Assembly (NCBI GenBank): GCA_964016885.1
Contig: OZ024760.1
Location: 12,338,001 to 12,402,000 of the forward strand
Length of the DNA: 64,000 nt
Direction: 5' to 3'
Source of the DNA: Eledone cirrhosa
Taxonomy: Eukaryota
In this document: piece by piece, positions 1 to 13,089 of the stretch
Numbering within the stretch: the stretch's first letter is position 1
How the letters are laid out: each line of letters starts with the position of its first letter
Program-made: the position numbers and the translations under genes
The notes under the pieces: model-generated
What the model was told of the DNA's origin: nothing
The model's input: only the letters and a program-made list of their open reading frames with translations
Databases searched by the model: none

Positions 1-228
1 TCTTCGTCCTCGTCGTCGTCGTCGTCGTCGTCTTCTAGTTCACCATTCTCATCGTAGTCGTACTCTTGCTCAGCTTCATCTTTTGATTGGAATTCTGACT
101 GGAGCCTCTCAAGTCTTTCCTCTTCCTTCCTGTGCATCTCCTCCTTCTTCCGGTCCTGATCCAAGGCCTGCTGGATCAATCGAGCCACCTCACTTTTGCT
201 CGGATCTTTCTCTCGACCAATTTGAATC
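1..228 (-). CDS. PPP1R9: Neurabin/spinophilin post-PDZ exon (IQIGREKDPSKSEVARLIQQALDQDRKKEE…acidic D/E tract); runs off the window
   Basis: tcttccag| acceptor, phase 2; IGREK…SEVARLIQQ resembles neurabin; open to the window edge. Confidence 0.92.
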
Positions 229-781
229 CTGGAAGAAAGTTTTGTTAAACAGGTTAACATTTTTTTTCAAAGAAATAAAACAAAATATTCAATAAAACAG
301 ATACAAGTTCAATAAAACAGATACAAGTTTGATAAAGTCAGCACTTCTCATATGCCAACATGTCTATCTTATACACAAGTGTGTCATAAACACAAGTCTG
401 TCTTATGCACCAGTGTTTCTTATACACCAGTATGTCTTATACAGCAGTATATCTTATACAGAAGTGCATCTTATACACAAGTCTGTCTTACACACAAGTA
501 CATCTTGTAAGCCAAAAAATATTGTAATCTTCTAAACACACACACAGACAGAAGTACACACACACAGAAACCTCTCTTTATACAGATATGAAAAAAACAC
601 ACACAAAGCCCCCCCCCCCCCCAAAAAAAAAAACCAACAAAAAAACGAAAAAAAAAAAACAAAACAAAAAAGAAAAACAAAATTAAAAACAAACAAAAAA
701 ACCCAGTATTTTACTTGCACAAATGTGAAGAGAAAAGAGATAAGGAATGAAGAAAGTAGATGTATAAGGTGACAAGCTGAC

Positions 782-886
782 CTGACAGTTCCGCTTGTGT
801 TCCTGAGGACCGATGCTGCATATGCTTGGGTCACACCCACCAGGCTTTTGCCATCAACTTCGATGATCTGGTCGTTGACTTTAATT
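782..886 (-). CDS. PPP1R9: Neurabin/spinophilin PDZ domain exon 2 ([35 protein letters not shown])
   Basis: Matches the C-terminal half of the neurabin PDZ; ttcacag| and AG|gtcagc; 105 bp, phase 2 to 2. Confidence 0.95.
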
Positions 887-973
887 CTGTGAACAGAAGA
901 CACACAGACAGACATTAGAAGATAACCCAGCAAGAAACTTGAGATAGATGGATTTTCAAACCTAAACTTCATT

Positions 974-1017
<44 letters not shown>

Positions 1018-1410
1018 GAGAGAGAGAGAGTGAGAGAGTGAGTGAGAGAGAGAGAGAGTGAGAGAGTGAGTGAGAAAGGGAGTGAGAGAGAGAGAGAGAG
1101 AGGGAATGAGAAAGAAAGGGAGAGAGAGAGAGAGAGTGAGAGAGAGAGAGTGAGAGAAAGAGATACAGTGGGGACATTGGTTGGGTTTTTTGGGGGTGGA
1201 TGGGGGTGGGTGGGTGGAGTTGAGGGGGTGGGAGAGGAGGCTTCTTTTTAATGGTTTAGTCATAGAAAAAAAAACTGGGTAGGGAAGGGGAGGGTTTTTA
1301 ACTCTTAGTGAAGTCCTAGGGTCGCCATCCCGACACATAGGTATGTATGTATGTATTGGGCAATTTAAAAAAACTGGCAGAGCTCATCCCTCTCCAGTTT
1401 ACCTCTCTTC

Positions 1411-1475
<65 letters not shown>

Positions 1476-1841
1476 CGCACACACATATGTACACACACAC
1501 ACACACACATTATAGAAATATATACACCAGAATAAAACAACATATGGCCCTCATTTGGTAGAGGGAGGTTGTTGGGTAGAGGGTGGGGAGTGTAGAGGGA
1601 AGAGGGTTTGACTGTTATATATATATATACACATACATACATACATACATTGACTGTTATATATATATATATATATATACATACATACATACATACATAC
1701 ACATACATACATATATATACATATACATACATTGACTGTTATATATATATATATACATACATACATACATACATACATACACATACATACATATATATAC
1801 ATACATACATATACATACATTGACTGTTATATATATATATA

Positions 1842-1877
<36 letters not shown>

Positions 1878-2497
1878 TATACATACATATATATATACAT
1901 TGCAGTTATAAGATGCCTGACTACTGTGTAGGGGAGACTGACAACAAGACAAGATAACTCTAGCTGTTAATGGAGAACAACAACAACAACAACAACACTA
2001 GGAGATGAACCATCATATATTTCCACATCAGTCATGGACAAACAATGGCCCCGAGAGCCACATGTGACCTGGCCTGTTTGGGCTTTTTTAAATGGCACCC
2101 CTAATTTCAAAATAGCCGAATTACTTTAGCAGTGTGGCCCCATGGCTTGTATGTAAATGAGATGCAAATATCTGGAATATCTGTGAGGTTGGTAACCCTA
2201 CTTTAGTACTCTCTGTGTGAAGACCAGGGCTGGATTTAATGGGGGGAAGCAGGCAATTGCCCTGGGCTCCCTGCAGTGTGGGGCCTCACCAGTGATGGGT
2301 CCCAGCTGTAACAATTTATTTGTGCCCTCAGCTGGGTTTTTAAGTTTTGGGATGGTGAGAATGTTTGAATTCAATACCTGTGTATATAATGTTTTAATTG
2401 TAATTACCTGCACTGAGCTGACATGGGGGGGGGGGGGGGGTTATAACTTGTGTGTGTTAATAGAAACATACATAGACACACACACACATATATATAT

Positions 2498-2528
<31 letters not shown>

Positions 2529-2693
2529 CATACATATATATAAATATAAACATACATATACACACACACACATATATAAACATATATATACACACACACA
2601 TACATATATATACACACACATATATATATAAATATAAACATACATATACACACACACACATATATATATAAACATACATATATATATACACAC

Positions 2694-2726
<33 letters not shown>

Positions 2727-2849
2727 TATAAACATACATATACACACACACATATATATTTATAAACATACATATACACATATATACATACACACACACA
2801 CACAAACATACATACACACACACATGTATATATATGTATATATATATAG

Positions 2850-2912
<63 letters not shown>

Positions 2913-3669
2913 TATATACATATACATATAATATATATACAGGTATATATTACAGGGTTCATACCCCCACCCCAATATCTAATACATCAGCACCCCCTCC
3001 TCCCAGTTCTAAGGCATTCATCACCTCCCTCTCCTAAACTCCCTACACTCTCTTACTGCCCCCTGTTTTAGTGTGTAAATGTCAAGGGATGAAACAAAGG
3101 GATTCCTCCCCCTCCCCCTCCCTGTTATAAACCAGGAAACAGCAGCAGCAGCAGCAGCAGAAGATTGGAGGAAATGATAGAGGAATTATCATCACTATTG
3201 TCATCATTATCACCACCATTATTTTCATCACCACCATCATCATCACTATCATCATCACCATCGTCACTATTATTATCACCACCATCATCACCATCATTAT
3301 CATCATCATCACTATCACCACCACCACCACCACCATTTCACAGTTGTTTTCCCATGAATTGGACATGTCATGTCATAGACCAAATCTGTATTTAACTGGC
3401 GCCAGCCCTCATCATCGCTTAACACTTTAGCATTTACATTAGCTGAAGATAAACGTTAAACGATGATGATGATGATGATGTGAAAATACAATAGTATATA
3501 TAGAGTAAACACTTTACTGCACATAATATCGAATCTAGGAGATTTTGATATTATTTATTTTGAGAACAATACCTTAACATCAGTATGAGCAGCCGGTTGC
3601 AACTGATTTGAACAGAAAGAGGTGTGAGAATTCTGGCTGGATATGGCTGGTTTAAATCCTGAAGGATTA

Positions 3670-5110
3670 AGGCGAGGTTTACCATGACAACCAGCATGGG
3701 CTGGACATGTCATGGGCCATGTCACTATGTAAATGGCACCACAGTCCTCATTTTCATCATCAGTACCTCCACCACCATCACCATCATCATTTAAGGCAAG
3801 GTTTACCATGACAGCCAGCATGGGCTGGACATGTCATGGGCCATGTCACTATGTAAATGGCACCACAGTCCTCATTTTCATCATCATCAGTACCTCCACC
3901 ACCATCACCATCATCATTTAAGGAGAGGTTTACCATGACAGCCAGCATGGGCTGGACATGTCATGGGCCATGTCACTATGTAAATGGCACCACAGTCCTC
4001 ATTTTCATCATCAGTACCTCCACCACCATCACCATCATCATTTAAGGCAAGGTTTACCATGACAGCCAGCATGGGCTGGACATGTCATGGGCCATGTCAC
4101 TATGTAAATGGCACCACAGTCCTCATTTTCATCATCAGTACCTCCACCACCATCACCATCATCATTTAAGGCAAGGTTTACCATGACAGCCAGCATGGGC
4201 TGGACATGTCATGGGCCATGTCACTATGTAAATGGCACCACAGTCCTCATTTTCATCATCATCAGTACCTCCACCACCATCACCATCATCATTTAAGGAG
4301 AGGTTTACCATGACAGCCAGCATGGGCTGGACATGTCATGGGCCATGTCACTATGTAAATGGCACCACAGTCCTCATTTTCATCATCAGTACCTCCACCA
4401 CCATCACCATCATCATTTAAGGCAAGGTTTACCATGACAGCCAGCATGGGCTGGACATGTCATGGGCCATGTCACTATGTAAATGGCACCACAGTCCTCA
4501 TTTTCATCATCAGTACCTCCACCACCATCACCATCATCATTTAAGGCAAGGTTTACCATGACAGCCAGCATGGGCTGGACATGTCATGGGCCATGTCACT
4601 ATGTAAATGGCACCACAGTCCTCATTTTCATCATCATCAGTACCTCCACCACCATCACCATCATCATTTAAGGAGAGGTTTACCATGACAGCCAGCATGG
4701 GCTGGACATGTCATGGGCCATGTCACTATGTAAATGGCACCACAGTCCTCATTTTCATCATCAGTACCTCCACCACCATCACCATCATCATTTAAGGCAA
4801 GGTTTACCATGACAGCCAGCATGGGCTGGACATGTCATGGGCCATGTCACTATGTAAATGGCACCACAGTCCTCATTTTCATCATCATCAGTACCTCCAC
4901 CACCATCACCATCATCATTTAAGGAGAGGTTTACCATGACAGCCAGCATGGGCTGGACATGTCATGGGCCATGTCACTATGTAAATGGCACCACAGTCCT
5001 CATTTTCATCATCATCAGTACCTCCACCACCATCACCATCATCATTTAAGGAGAGGTTTACCATGACAGCCAGCATGGGCTGGACATGTCATGTCACTAT
5101 CTAACTGCCA
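3670..5110. repeat. Tandem repeat with 124/127-bp units (~11.5 copies) and an internally palindromic unit
   Basis: Near-identical units with periodicity visible in ORF starts 3733, 3857, 3984, 4108 and so on; each unit contains ccatgaca-gccagc-atgg-gctgg-aca-tgtcatgg. Confidence 0.95.
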
Positions 5111-5499
5111 CCACAGTCCTCAGACAGACCCCCCCTTCCCATACATACACTCCTCTAGTTTCCACAGATTGCTGTGCTAGAATAAAATGCCTTGTGGTAT
5201 TTATTCAGTTCCTGTCCCTCTCCCATTAAATCCATATCCCATGGGAACTAATAGACTAGCAGACATGTAATTAGGGAACCCCAGCTTCAGTACACTTCCT
5301 TCCTCTGACACTTTGGTTGGCATTGTGCCAGACAGAACATTTATCATCATCAGCAACACCAGCAACAACATCCTTGTTAACACAATCATCATCATCATCA
5401 AACAACATCATCCATATTATCACAATAAACATTATCATCATCATCCTCATCAGTTTTACATCCATTCTTCCATGCTAGCTGGGTTATCACACACATTAT

Positions 5500-6085
5500 C
5501 ATCACCATCATCATCAACACTACCAACACCACTAACTCCACCACCACCACCATCACTAACAACAACAACACTAACACCAACACCACTAACAACACCAACA
5601 ACAGTAACAACACTAACACCACCATCATCATCAGCAACAACAACACTAACACCATCATCAACAACAACACTAACAATAGCACTAACACCAATACCACCAC
5701 CACCACCAGCACTAACACCACCACCACCACCACCAGCACTAACACCACCAACACCACCACCACCAGCACTAACACCAACACCAACACCACCACCACCACT
5801 AACACCACCATCACCAACACCAGCACTAACACCACCACCACCAGCACTAACACCACCAACACCACCACCACCACCAGCACTAACACCACCAACACCACCA
5901 CCACCACTAACACCAACACCAACACCAACACCACCACTAACACCACCACCACCAGCACTAACACCACCACCACCAGCACTAACACCGCCACCACCAGCAC
6001 TAACACCGCCACCAACACCAACACCAACACCAACACCACCACCACCACCACCACCACCAACACCACAACACCTCCACCACCACCT
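5500..6085. repeat. (ACC/ACA)-rich simple repeat
   Basis: ccaccaccagcactaacacca repeats; source of the spurious Pro/Thr-rich ORF. Confidence 0.9.
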
Positions 6086-8895
6086 TCAAAATTCAGGTAA
6101 GGGTAATTTGTTTGATTCTTACAAAACTTTAAGAAACTATCAAAATACTACATATACACACATATATATATATATATGTGTATGTACACACACACATATA
6201 TATATGTATGTACACACACACATATATATATGTATGTACACACACACACATATATATATGTATGTACACACACACACATATATATATATGTATGTACACA
6301 CACATATATATATGTATGTACACACACATATATATGTATGTACACACACATATATATATGTACACACACACATATATGTACACACACATACACACATATA
6401 TGTATGTATGTACACACACATATGTATGTACACACACACATCTATATGTATGTATGTATGTATGTACACACACATACATATATATATCTGTATATAGTTG
6501 ACGGCTGAGAGAAAGAAGTACTCAATACCGAAGTAGAGTTTTAATATTTATTATTATTATGGCTAAAATAGTGAGTCTTGTTACCCTGGAGTTTCACCTG
6601 TTTACCACCGGGCCATCAGGCGAAACTCTAGTGTGTGTGTGTGTGTGTGTATGTATATGTGTGTGTGTGTGTTTGTATGTATATGTGTGTGTTTGTATGT
6701 ATATGTGTGCGCATTTGTGTATGTATATATATGTGTGTGTGTATGGAGACGTATGTGTAGTGTGTGTATATATACATGCGCGTTTGTGTATATATGTATG
6801 TGTAGTGTGTGTATATATACATGCGCGTTTGTGTATATATGTATATGTAGTGTGTATATATGTATGTGTAGTGTGTATATATGTATATGTAGTGTGTATA
6901 TATGTGTGTGTATGTGTGTATATATACATGCGCGTTTGTGCATATATGTATGTGTAGTGTGTATATATACATGCGTGTTTGTGTATATATGTATGTGTAG
7001 TGTGTATATATACATGCGTGTTTGTGTATATATGTATGTGTAGTGTGTATATATGTATGTGTAGTGTGTATATATACATGCGCGTTTGTGTATATATGTA
7101 TATGTAGTGTGTATATATACATGCGCATTTGTGTATATATGTATATGTAGTGTGTATATATACATGCGCATTTGTGTATATATGTATGTGTAGTGTGTAT
7201 ATATACATGCGTGTAGTGTGTATATATGTATGTGTAGTGTGTGTATATACACATGCGCGTTTGTGTATATATGTATGTGTAGTGTGTATATATGTATGTG
7301 TAGTGTGTATATATACATGCGCGTTTGTGTATATATGTATGTGTAGTGTGTATATATGTATGTGTAGTGTGTGTATATATGTATGAATATGTTAAGTTAA
7401 ACAATGACAGATTATTGACAAGACATATAATAGAAACAAACCAACCAACAAAAGGAAGGCGTTGATGTGTTCTTACCAAAAGATTCTTCCTTTACCATTC
7501 ATATATCCACCGTCAAAGATTATTTCATTCCAACACAGACTCAAATATATTCCAATCCAAGACAGACTCAAATATTAGTCCAATCCTATAAAGTCTCAAA
7601 TATCATTCCATTTGTATAACAGAGTTAAACATTAGTCCATTCTAATATAGTCTCAAATATTGTTCCATTTCTATAGAAGCTCAAACACAGTCCATTTCTA
7701 GACTAAGATATTCCATTATTGTCGGCTCAAATATATTCCATTCCAAGACAGACTCAAACATAGTCCATTTCTAGATTCAGATATTTATCTATTACTGTCA
7801 GCTCAAATATATTCCATTCCAAGACAGGCTCAGATATTATTCCAATCCTAATATAGTCTCAAATACTATTCACTTTTTATAGAAGCTCAAATATATTCCA
7901 TTTCAACAAACTCAGATATTCTGTTTCTATAGAAGACTGAGAAGATGTTAGTCCATTCCTACTCAGACCCACTATCTGGTTTTTCTGGCACTATTTACCA
8001 GATATTCAAAATCACCTCTCCCTACCTCCCTCTGCTTCTCACTAACTCTCCCCCCTCTCTCCCTCTATGTATCTCCCCTCTCATATATATATATATTTTT
8101 TTTTTATAAATACACAGATACATTTATATGCATTATATATATATATATATATCAGTGTATGTGACTTTGTATATATATATATATACACAGTCACCCACAC
8201 ACACACACACACACACCCACACTCACACACACACATACACACTAACAGCTGCAATGTATGTGTGTAATGGATGACTTCCTCCCTTTCCTGTTTCACTGGA
8301 AGGGTTTTTTTCACACACACACACACAAATGTGTGTGTGTGTGTGTGAATTTGTGTGTGTGTGTGTGTGTACACATGTATTTTTTTTTGCCCCCTTTGAA
8401 AGTTCAGCTTCCCATAGTCTCTTCAGCTCCCCTCCCTATACCAACACACACACAGAGACACACACACACACTCACAGAGGCACAGACACACACTCATACA
8501 CAAGCCCTCCACAACAAACCAGACACAAACCCTCCACTACATGACACCACACACACAGCGCCCCTCCACCCAAGACACCAGCCCCACCCTCAGCCCCTAA
8601 CCAATTCCTTTACACCCCTCTCCTTCCCTCCTCTCTTACAGAGATAATCTAAAACTTCAATGGGAAAATTTGGCAGGACAGACCTAAAAATACAGTTGGG
8701 AACCTGACTGCTACTACTACTGCTGCTACTACTACTACCACCACCACTGCTGCTGCTACTGCTGCTACTACTACTGCTACTACTACTACCACTACCACTG
8801 CTACTACCACCACCACAGCTACTACTACTACTATCTTAAACAGTTCTGAAGTCAACTGGCCTCCATTTCATAGTTGGCACCAAAGATTCTAGCAA

Positions 8896-8951
<56 letters not shown>

Positions 8952-8954
8952 CAC

Positions 8955-9322
8955 ATGTATAACCAAAGAGTGCTTAGAAATACATTGTTTTATTTGCTAC
9001 CAGTGTTTCATCCATACCCTAGGGCAGGAATCATCAGGGCCTATAAACAAAAGTATATCAATCAAAGGTTGCAGGCCTCCATCGAGCCTAGTCACCAGAA
9101 CAAGGAAAATGGACAAGTGGGGGCACACAATACACGATACATATAATGTAACATTATATGTAAATGTGACATTATATGTATCATGTATTGTGCCCCCCCC
9201 CCCCCCCCCCCCCCCCTACTTGTCCTTCTTCCTTGTTCTGGTGACTAGGCTCGATGGAGCCTGCATCCTTTGATATACCTGTTAGCAAATAAAACAATGT
9301 ATTTCTAAGCCCTCTTTGGTTA
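8955..9322. mobile_element. Fold-back element with a degenerate hammerhead-like motif in one arm (Penelope-like terminus)
   Basis: Long imperfect inverted repeat (aaccaaagag…/…ctctttggtt); the minus strand at 8995-9040 reads CTGATGA-TTCC…GGAT-GAAAC-ACTG-GTA. Confidence 0.55.
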
Positions 9323-9441
9323 TTCCTAAAATTATATCAGCTCTGTAGTATACTAGGTATCCTACATTGAGCTAAAACCCCACTGTTATACCAAGGATAA
9401 TATATATGTGTGTCTGTGCACATTAGTATAATTACCAATCA

Positions 9442-9488
<47 letters not shown>

Positions 9489-9491
<3 letters not shown>

Positions 9492-9814
9492 TCATCATCA
9501 TTTTACGTCCACTTTTCCCTGCTTGCAAGGGTGGGACGGGAACTGATTCTGGCTTGATTTCTACAGCTGGATGCCCTTCCTAACACCAACTTCATTTACA
9601 GTGAGTGCTGGGTGCTTTTTTGCCGTGGCACCTCCATGACCACTTTGCAGTGGAATGATATGGACCCCAGTCCCTATCATCTCATTTCTACAGCTGGAGC
9701 AATGTGAAATAAAGTGTCTTGCTCAAGGAAACAACACATCACCCAGTCTGAGAATTGAACTCACAACCTTTCGATTGCAAGGCCAATGCTCTAACCACTA
9801 AGCCATGTGCCTCC
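9489..9814 (-). mobile_element. tRNA-derived SINE, family A
   Basis: A-box TGGCTTAGTGG, B-box-like GAGTTCAATTC, CCTTGAGCAAGACACTT central block and (ATG)n tail; near-identical copies elsewhere in the window. Confidence 0.85.
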
Positions 9815-10109
9815 TAATATATATATATATATACATGTGTGTGTGTGTGTGTGTGCGTGTTTGAACAATAAAAAACAGAAGTCAGGTGTAGGTAAAGAGT
9901 TCATTATTTTACGATTGATTCAGAGGGTCTATGGACTCAGATATATATCATCTAACCCATGCTAGCGTGGAAGATAGCTGTTAAATGGTGATCATATATA
10001 TATATATGTGTGTTTGCATGCATGTATGCATGTGTGTGTGTGTATGTTTGCATGTGAGTGCATGTTTGTATGCAAGCATTTATGTATGTACGTACAAAGT
10101 TTGTCCCAA

Positions 10110-10435
10110 AACTCACCCATCACCAAGCAAGCCACCCCCTTCCCTCACCAGGTATTATACTAGTACAACCTCTCAACATCTACTGTTGTCAAACACTCAC
10201 CCATTCTTCCTCCCTCACCAGGTATTGTACTAGTACAACCTCACAACATCTACTGTTGTCAAACACTCACCCATTGCCAAGTTAGCCCCCATTCTGCCTC
10301 CCTCACCAGGTATTGTACTAGTACAACCTCACAACATCTACTGTTGTCAAACACTCACCCATTGCCAAGTTAGCCCCCATTCTGCCTCCCTCACCAGGTA
10401 TTGTACTAGTACAACCTCTCAACATCTACTGTTGT
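10110..10435. repeat. Short tandem repeat, ~70-90-bp units, about 4 copies
   Basis: ccctcaccaggtattgtactagtacaacctc…ctgttgtcaaacactcaccc repeated. Confidence 0.85.
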
Positions 10436-11390
10436 CAAGAATGATAAAGATGAAACTTGGAGGATGGACGTTAAATGATGATGATGATGAAAGATGGGGG
10501 AACATCCACATTTTCTTTTTTCCTTTCAAGTATCCCCTATCTAGTTCCTTGTGTAATACAGTTCTGGGTTCTAATCCCACTAGAATCAACTCTGCCTTTC
10601 ATCTTGTGTATTTTTACCTTTGTAAGGGAAGAGGTTTGGTGGAGCTGGGGATGTCAGTAAAAGTACTTCCAATAGCTGAAGAATGTATTTACTTGAGGTA
10701 GAACTTCTTGTATCTACTATTACACCCTCCCTCTCAATCAATTTATACATCTGTCTGTCTTTGAGTCTGTCTACCTGTCTATCTACCCATCCATCTTTCT
10801 ATCCACCTATCTATCTATTTATCCAACTGTCTGTCTATTCATTCATGGGAGAGTATTTATTTTAAAGAACTGTACAAATCTTTCAGACAGGTTCCCTGAC
10901 AGTCTTTGATATTCTCTGAGTCTGAGAAACATTTCTAATGTCATGGAACTATATTTAATGTTTTGCAAGTGTTTTAAGTAGTTTAACCATCATCTACCAT
11001 GTAAGTACCAAGTGTAGTATTTCACACAAAATGTAAACTTACTGCACAGAATTAGTTTTACAACTACACTAATCTTTGGGGCAGGTACCGTGACCCAGTA
11101 TTTGATATTCTCTGAGTCTAAAAAACTGGCTGTTTTTTTAACCATAATTTACCATGTAAGCACCGCATACTATTCCAAACAAAACTAGATTCAAAACTTC
11201 ACAAGCAGGGGTCAACTGCACAAAACTAGCTCTAAAAAATTAGCTTCAGAACGTCACAAGCAGGGGTCAACTGCACAAAACTAGCTTCAGAATTTTACAC
11301 CAGAACTTCACAAGCAGGGATCAACTTGACTGCATGTTAAAATTATCAGAGTCAAAGGAGACAGACAAACTGCATGGAATACACACACAC

Positions 11391-11434
<44 letters not shown>

Positions 11435-12016
11435 GTGTATATATATATATAATATTCTATATTTTGCACTTGGAGAAACTGGAGAAAATGTGAACATTAG
11501 ACAACTAACAACAGTTTAAACCATATTTTCTCAACTAAATTCCTCAGACCAAGATGAAAGAGGAATGTAATGAGGTGGAACATCTGGGAAAGAAATTACC
11601 AAAAATATGGAGAGAGAGGTGTGTGGGTAGGGGTGGTGGTAGTGGTGAAAGGAATATGGAGAGTGATGGGGTGTGAAGGGAATGGGGGGGGGGGTATGGA
11701 GGTGTGTGAGGGGTGGGGTGTATGTCTGCGGTGGGGTGTGTGAAGGGAATAAGAGAGGTGTGTGTGGTGGGGGTGAAGGGAATAAATAAGAAAGGTGTGC
11801 ATGGGGTGTGTGAAGGGAATATGGAGAGGTGTGTGTGTGGGGGTGAGAGAGTAAAATAGAGAAACAGAGATAGATGTAAACTTTAGATGATAATGATATG
11901 TGTATGTGTTTATGCATGTGCATATGTGTATACATTTATGTGTGTGTATGTGTGTGTAAAGATTTGAATATCAGAAAAATTTGATGGAATAACCAAAGAT
12001 TGGGAATTCTTTTCCA

Positions 12017-12056
<40 letters not shown>

Positions 12057-12194
12057 ACAGATAGATAGATAGAGAGAGAGAGAGAGACTGACAGATAGAT
12101 AGAGAGAGGAGTGAGAGAGAGAGGGGAGAGACTGACAGATAGATAGAGAGAGGAGTGAGAGAGAGGAGAGAGAGGAGAGAGAGGGAGAGAGAGG

Positions 12195-12263
<69 letters not shown>

Positions 12264-12439
12264 TATAGTTAAGTAAAGAAAGGTGAAAAACTACCTTTTT
12301 AAATGAAGATATCACCATCATATATTACCATATAAGGGAAAGGCCTGATCTTCAGATCGGACCAGGGGAGCTATGTTCCCATTGCTGATACTATCAGTTG
12401 GTCACAACTCCCAGCAGAAGAAAGGGAAGAAACTGACTA

Positions 12440-12610
12440 TCACTTCAAAGTGAGACATTGTCGCTTCAAAGTGAGAATTTGTCGCTTCAAAGTGAGAATT
12501 TGTCGCTTCAAAGTGAGAATTTGTCGCTTCAAAGTGAGAATTTGTCGCTTCAAAGCGAGAACCTGTCGCTTCAAAGCGAGAACCTGTCACTTCAAAGTGA
12601 GACATTGTCA
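12440..12610. repeat. 21-bp minisatellite (gtcgcttcaaagtgagaattt), about 8 copies
   Basis: Direct periodicity. Confidence 0.9.
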
Positions 12611-12766
12611 CCATCAAAAACACCATTTGTACAGTCAACAACAGTAATAAAACTTGACAAATTAGGTGGATGTCAGTTTTCCTGGAACTGAAAAGTAAAT
12701 ATTTAAAACAACAGCAAAAGGGGGTGGGGACAGGAATAAATTAGAAATGAGGTTATTTTTAATTAC

Positions 12767-12887
12767 CTGCCATCTCGTTGTGCAGCTCCTGAGGGCGCTA
12801 ACGTCTTGATAAATATACCAAGTTTCTCTAAACCAGCATCAGCACCGACTCCCATACCGATAATACTTAATCCAAGTCCATCGTGAC
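12767..12887 (-). CDS. PPP1R9: Neurabin/spinophilin PDZ domain exon 1 ([41 protein letters not shown])
   Basis: [23 protein letters not shown] is the signature neurabin PDZ sequence; caacag| and AG|gtaatt; 121 bp, phase 1 to 2. Confidence 0.97.
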
Positions 12888-13089
12888 CTGTTGAATGACA
12901 TGAATGAATGGTTAGAGTTTTAGGGTCAGTTTAATTGTAGCAATAACAACACCACCACCAACAACAACTACCCCCACCCCCCACAACTAACACACCCCCA
13001 ACGCCACTAATACCTATACCACCACCACCAACTATAACAACACCAACAACATTAACAACAATAACAAGTACCACTACCTCAACCACCAA

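Noticed and set aside
3670-5110. CRISPR-like array, or satellite hammerhead (the minus strand has CTGATGATGAAAA)
   Set aside because: There are no unique spacers and no cas genes, and the context is a eukaryotic intron. The CTGATGA and GAAA motifs have no stem II between them and come from a (CAT)n run.
5313-6497. Pro/Thr-rich 394-aa extensin- or mucin-like ORF
   Set aside because: Simple repeats (ACC)n and (TA/CA)n, antisense within an intron.
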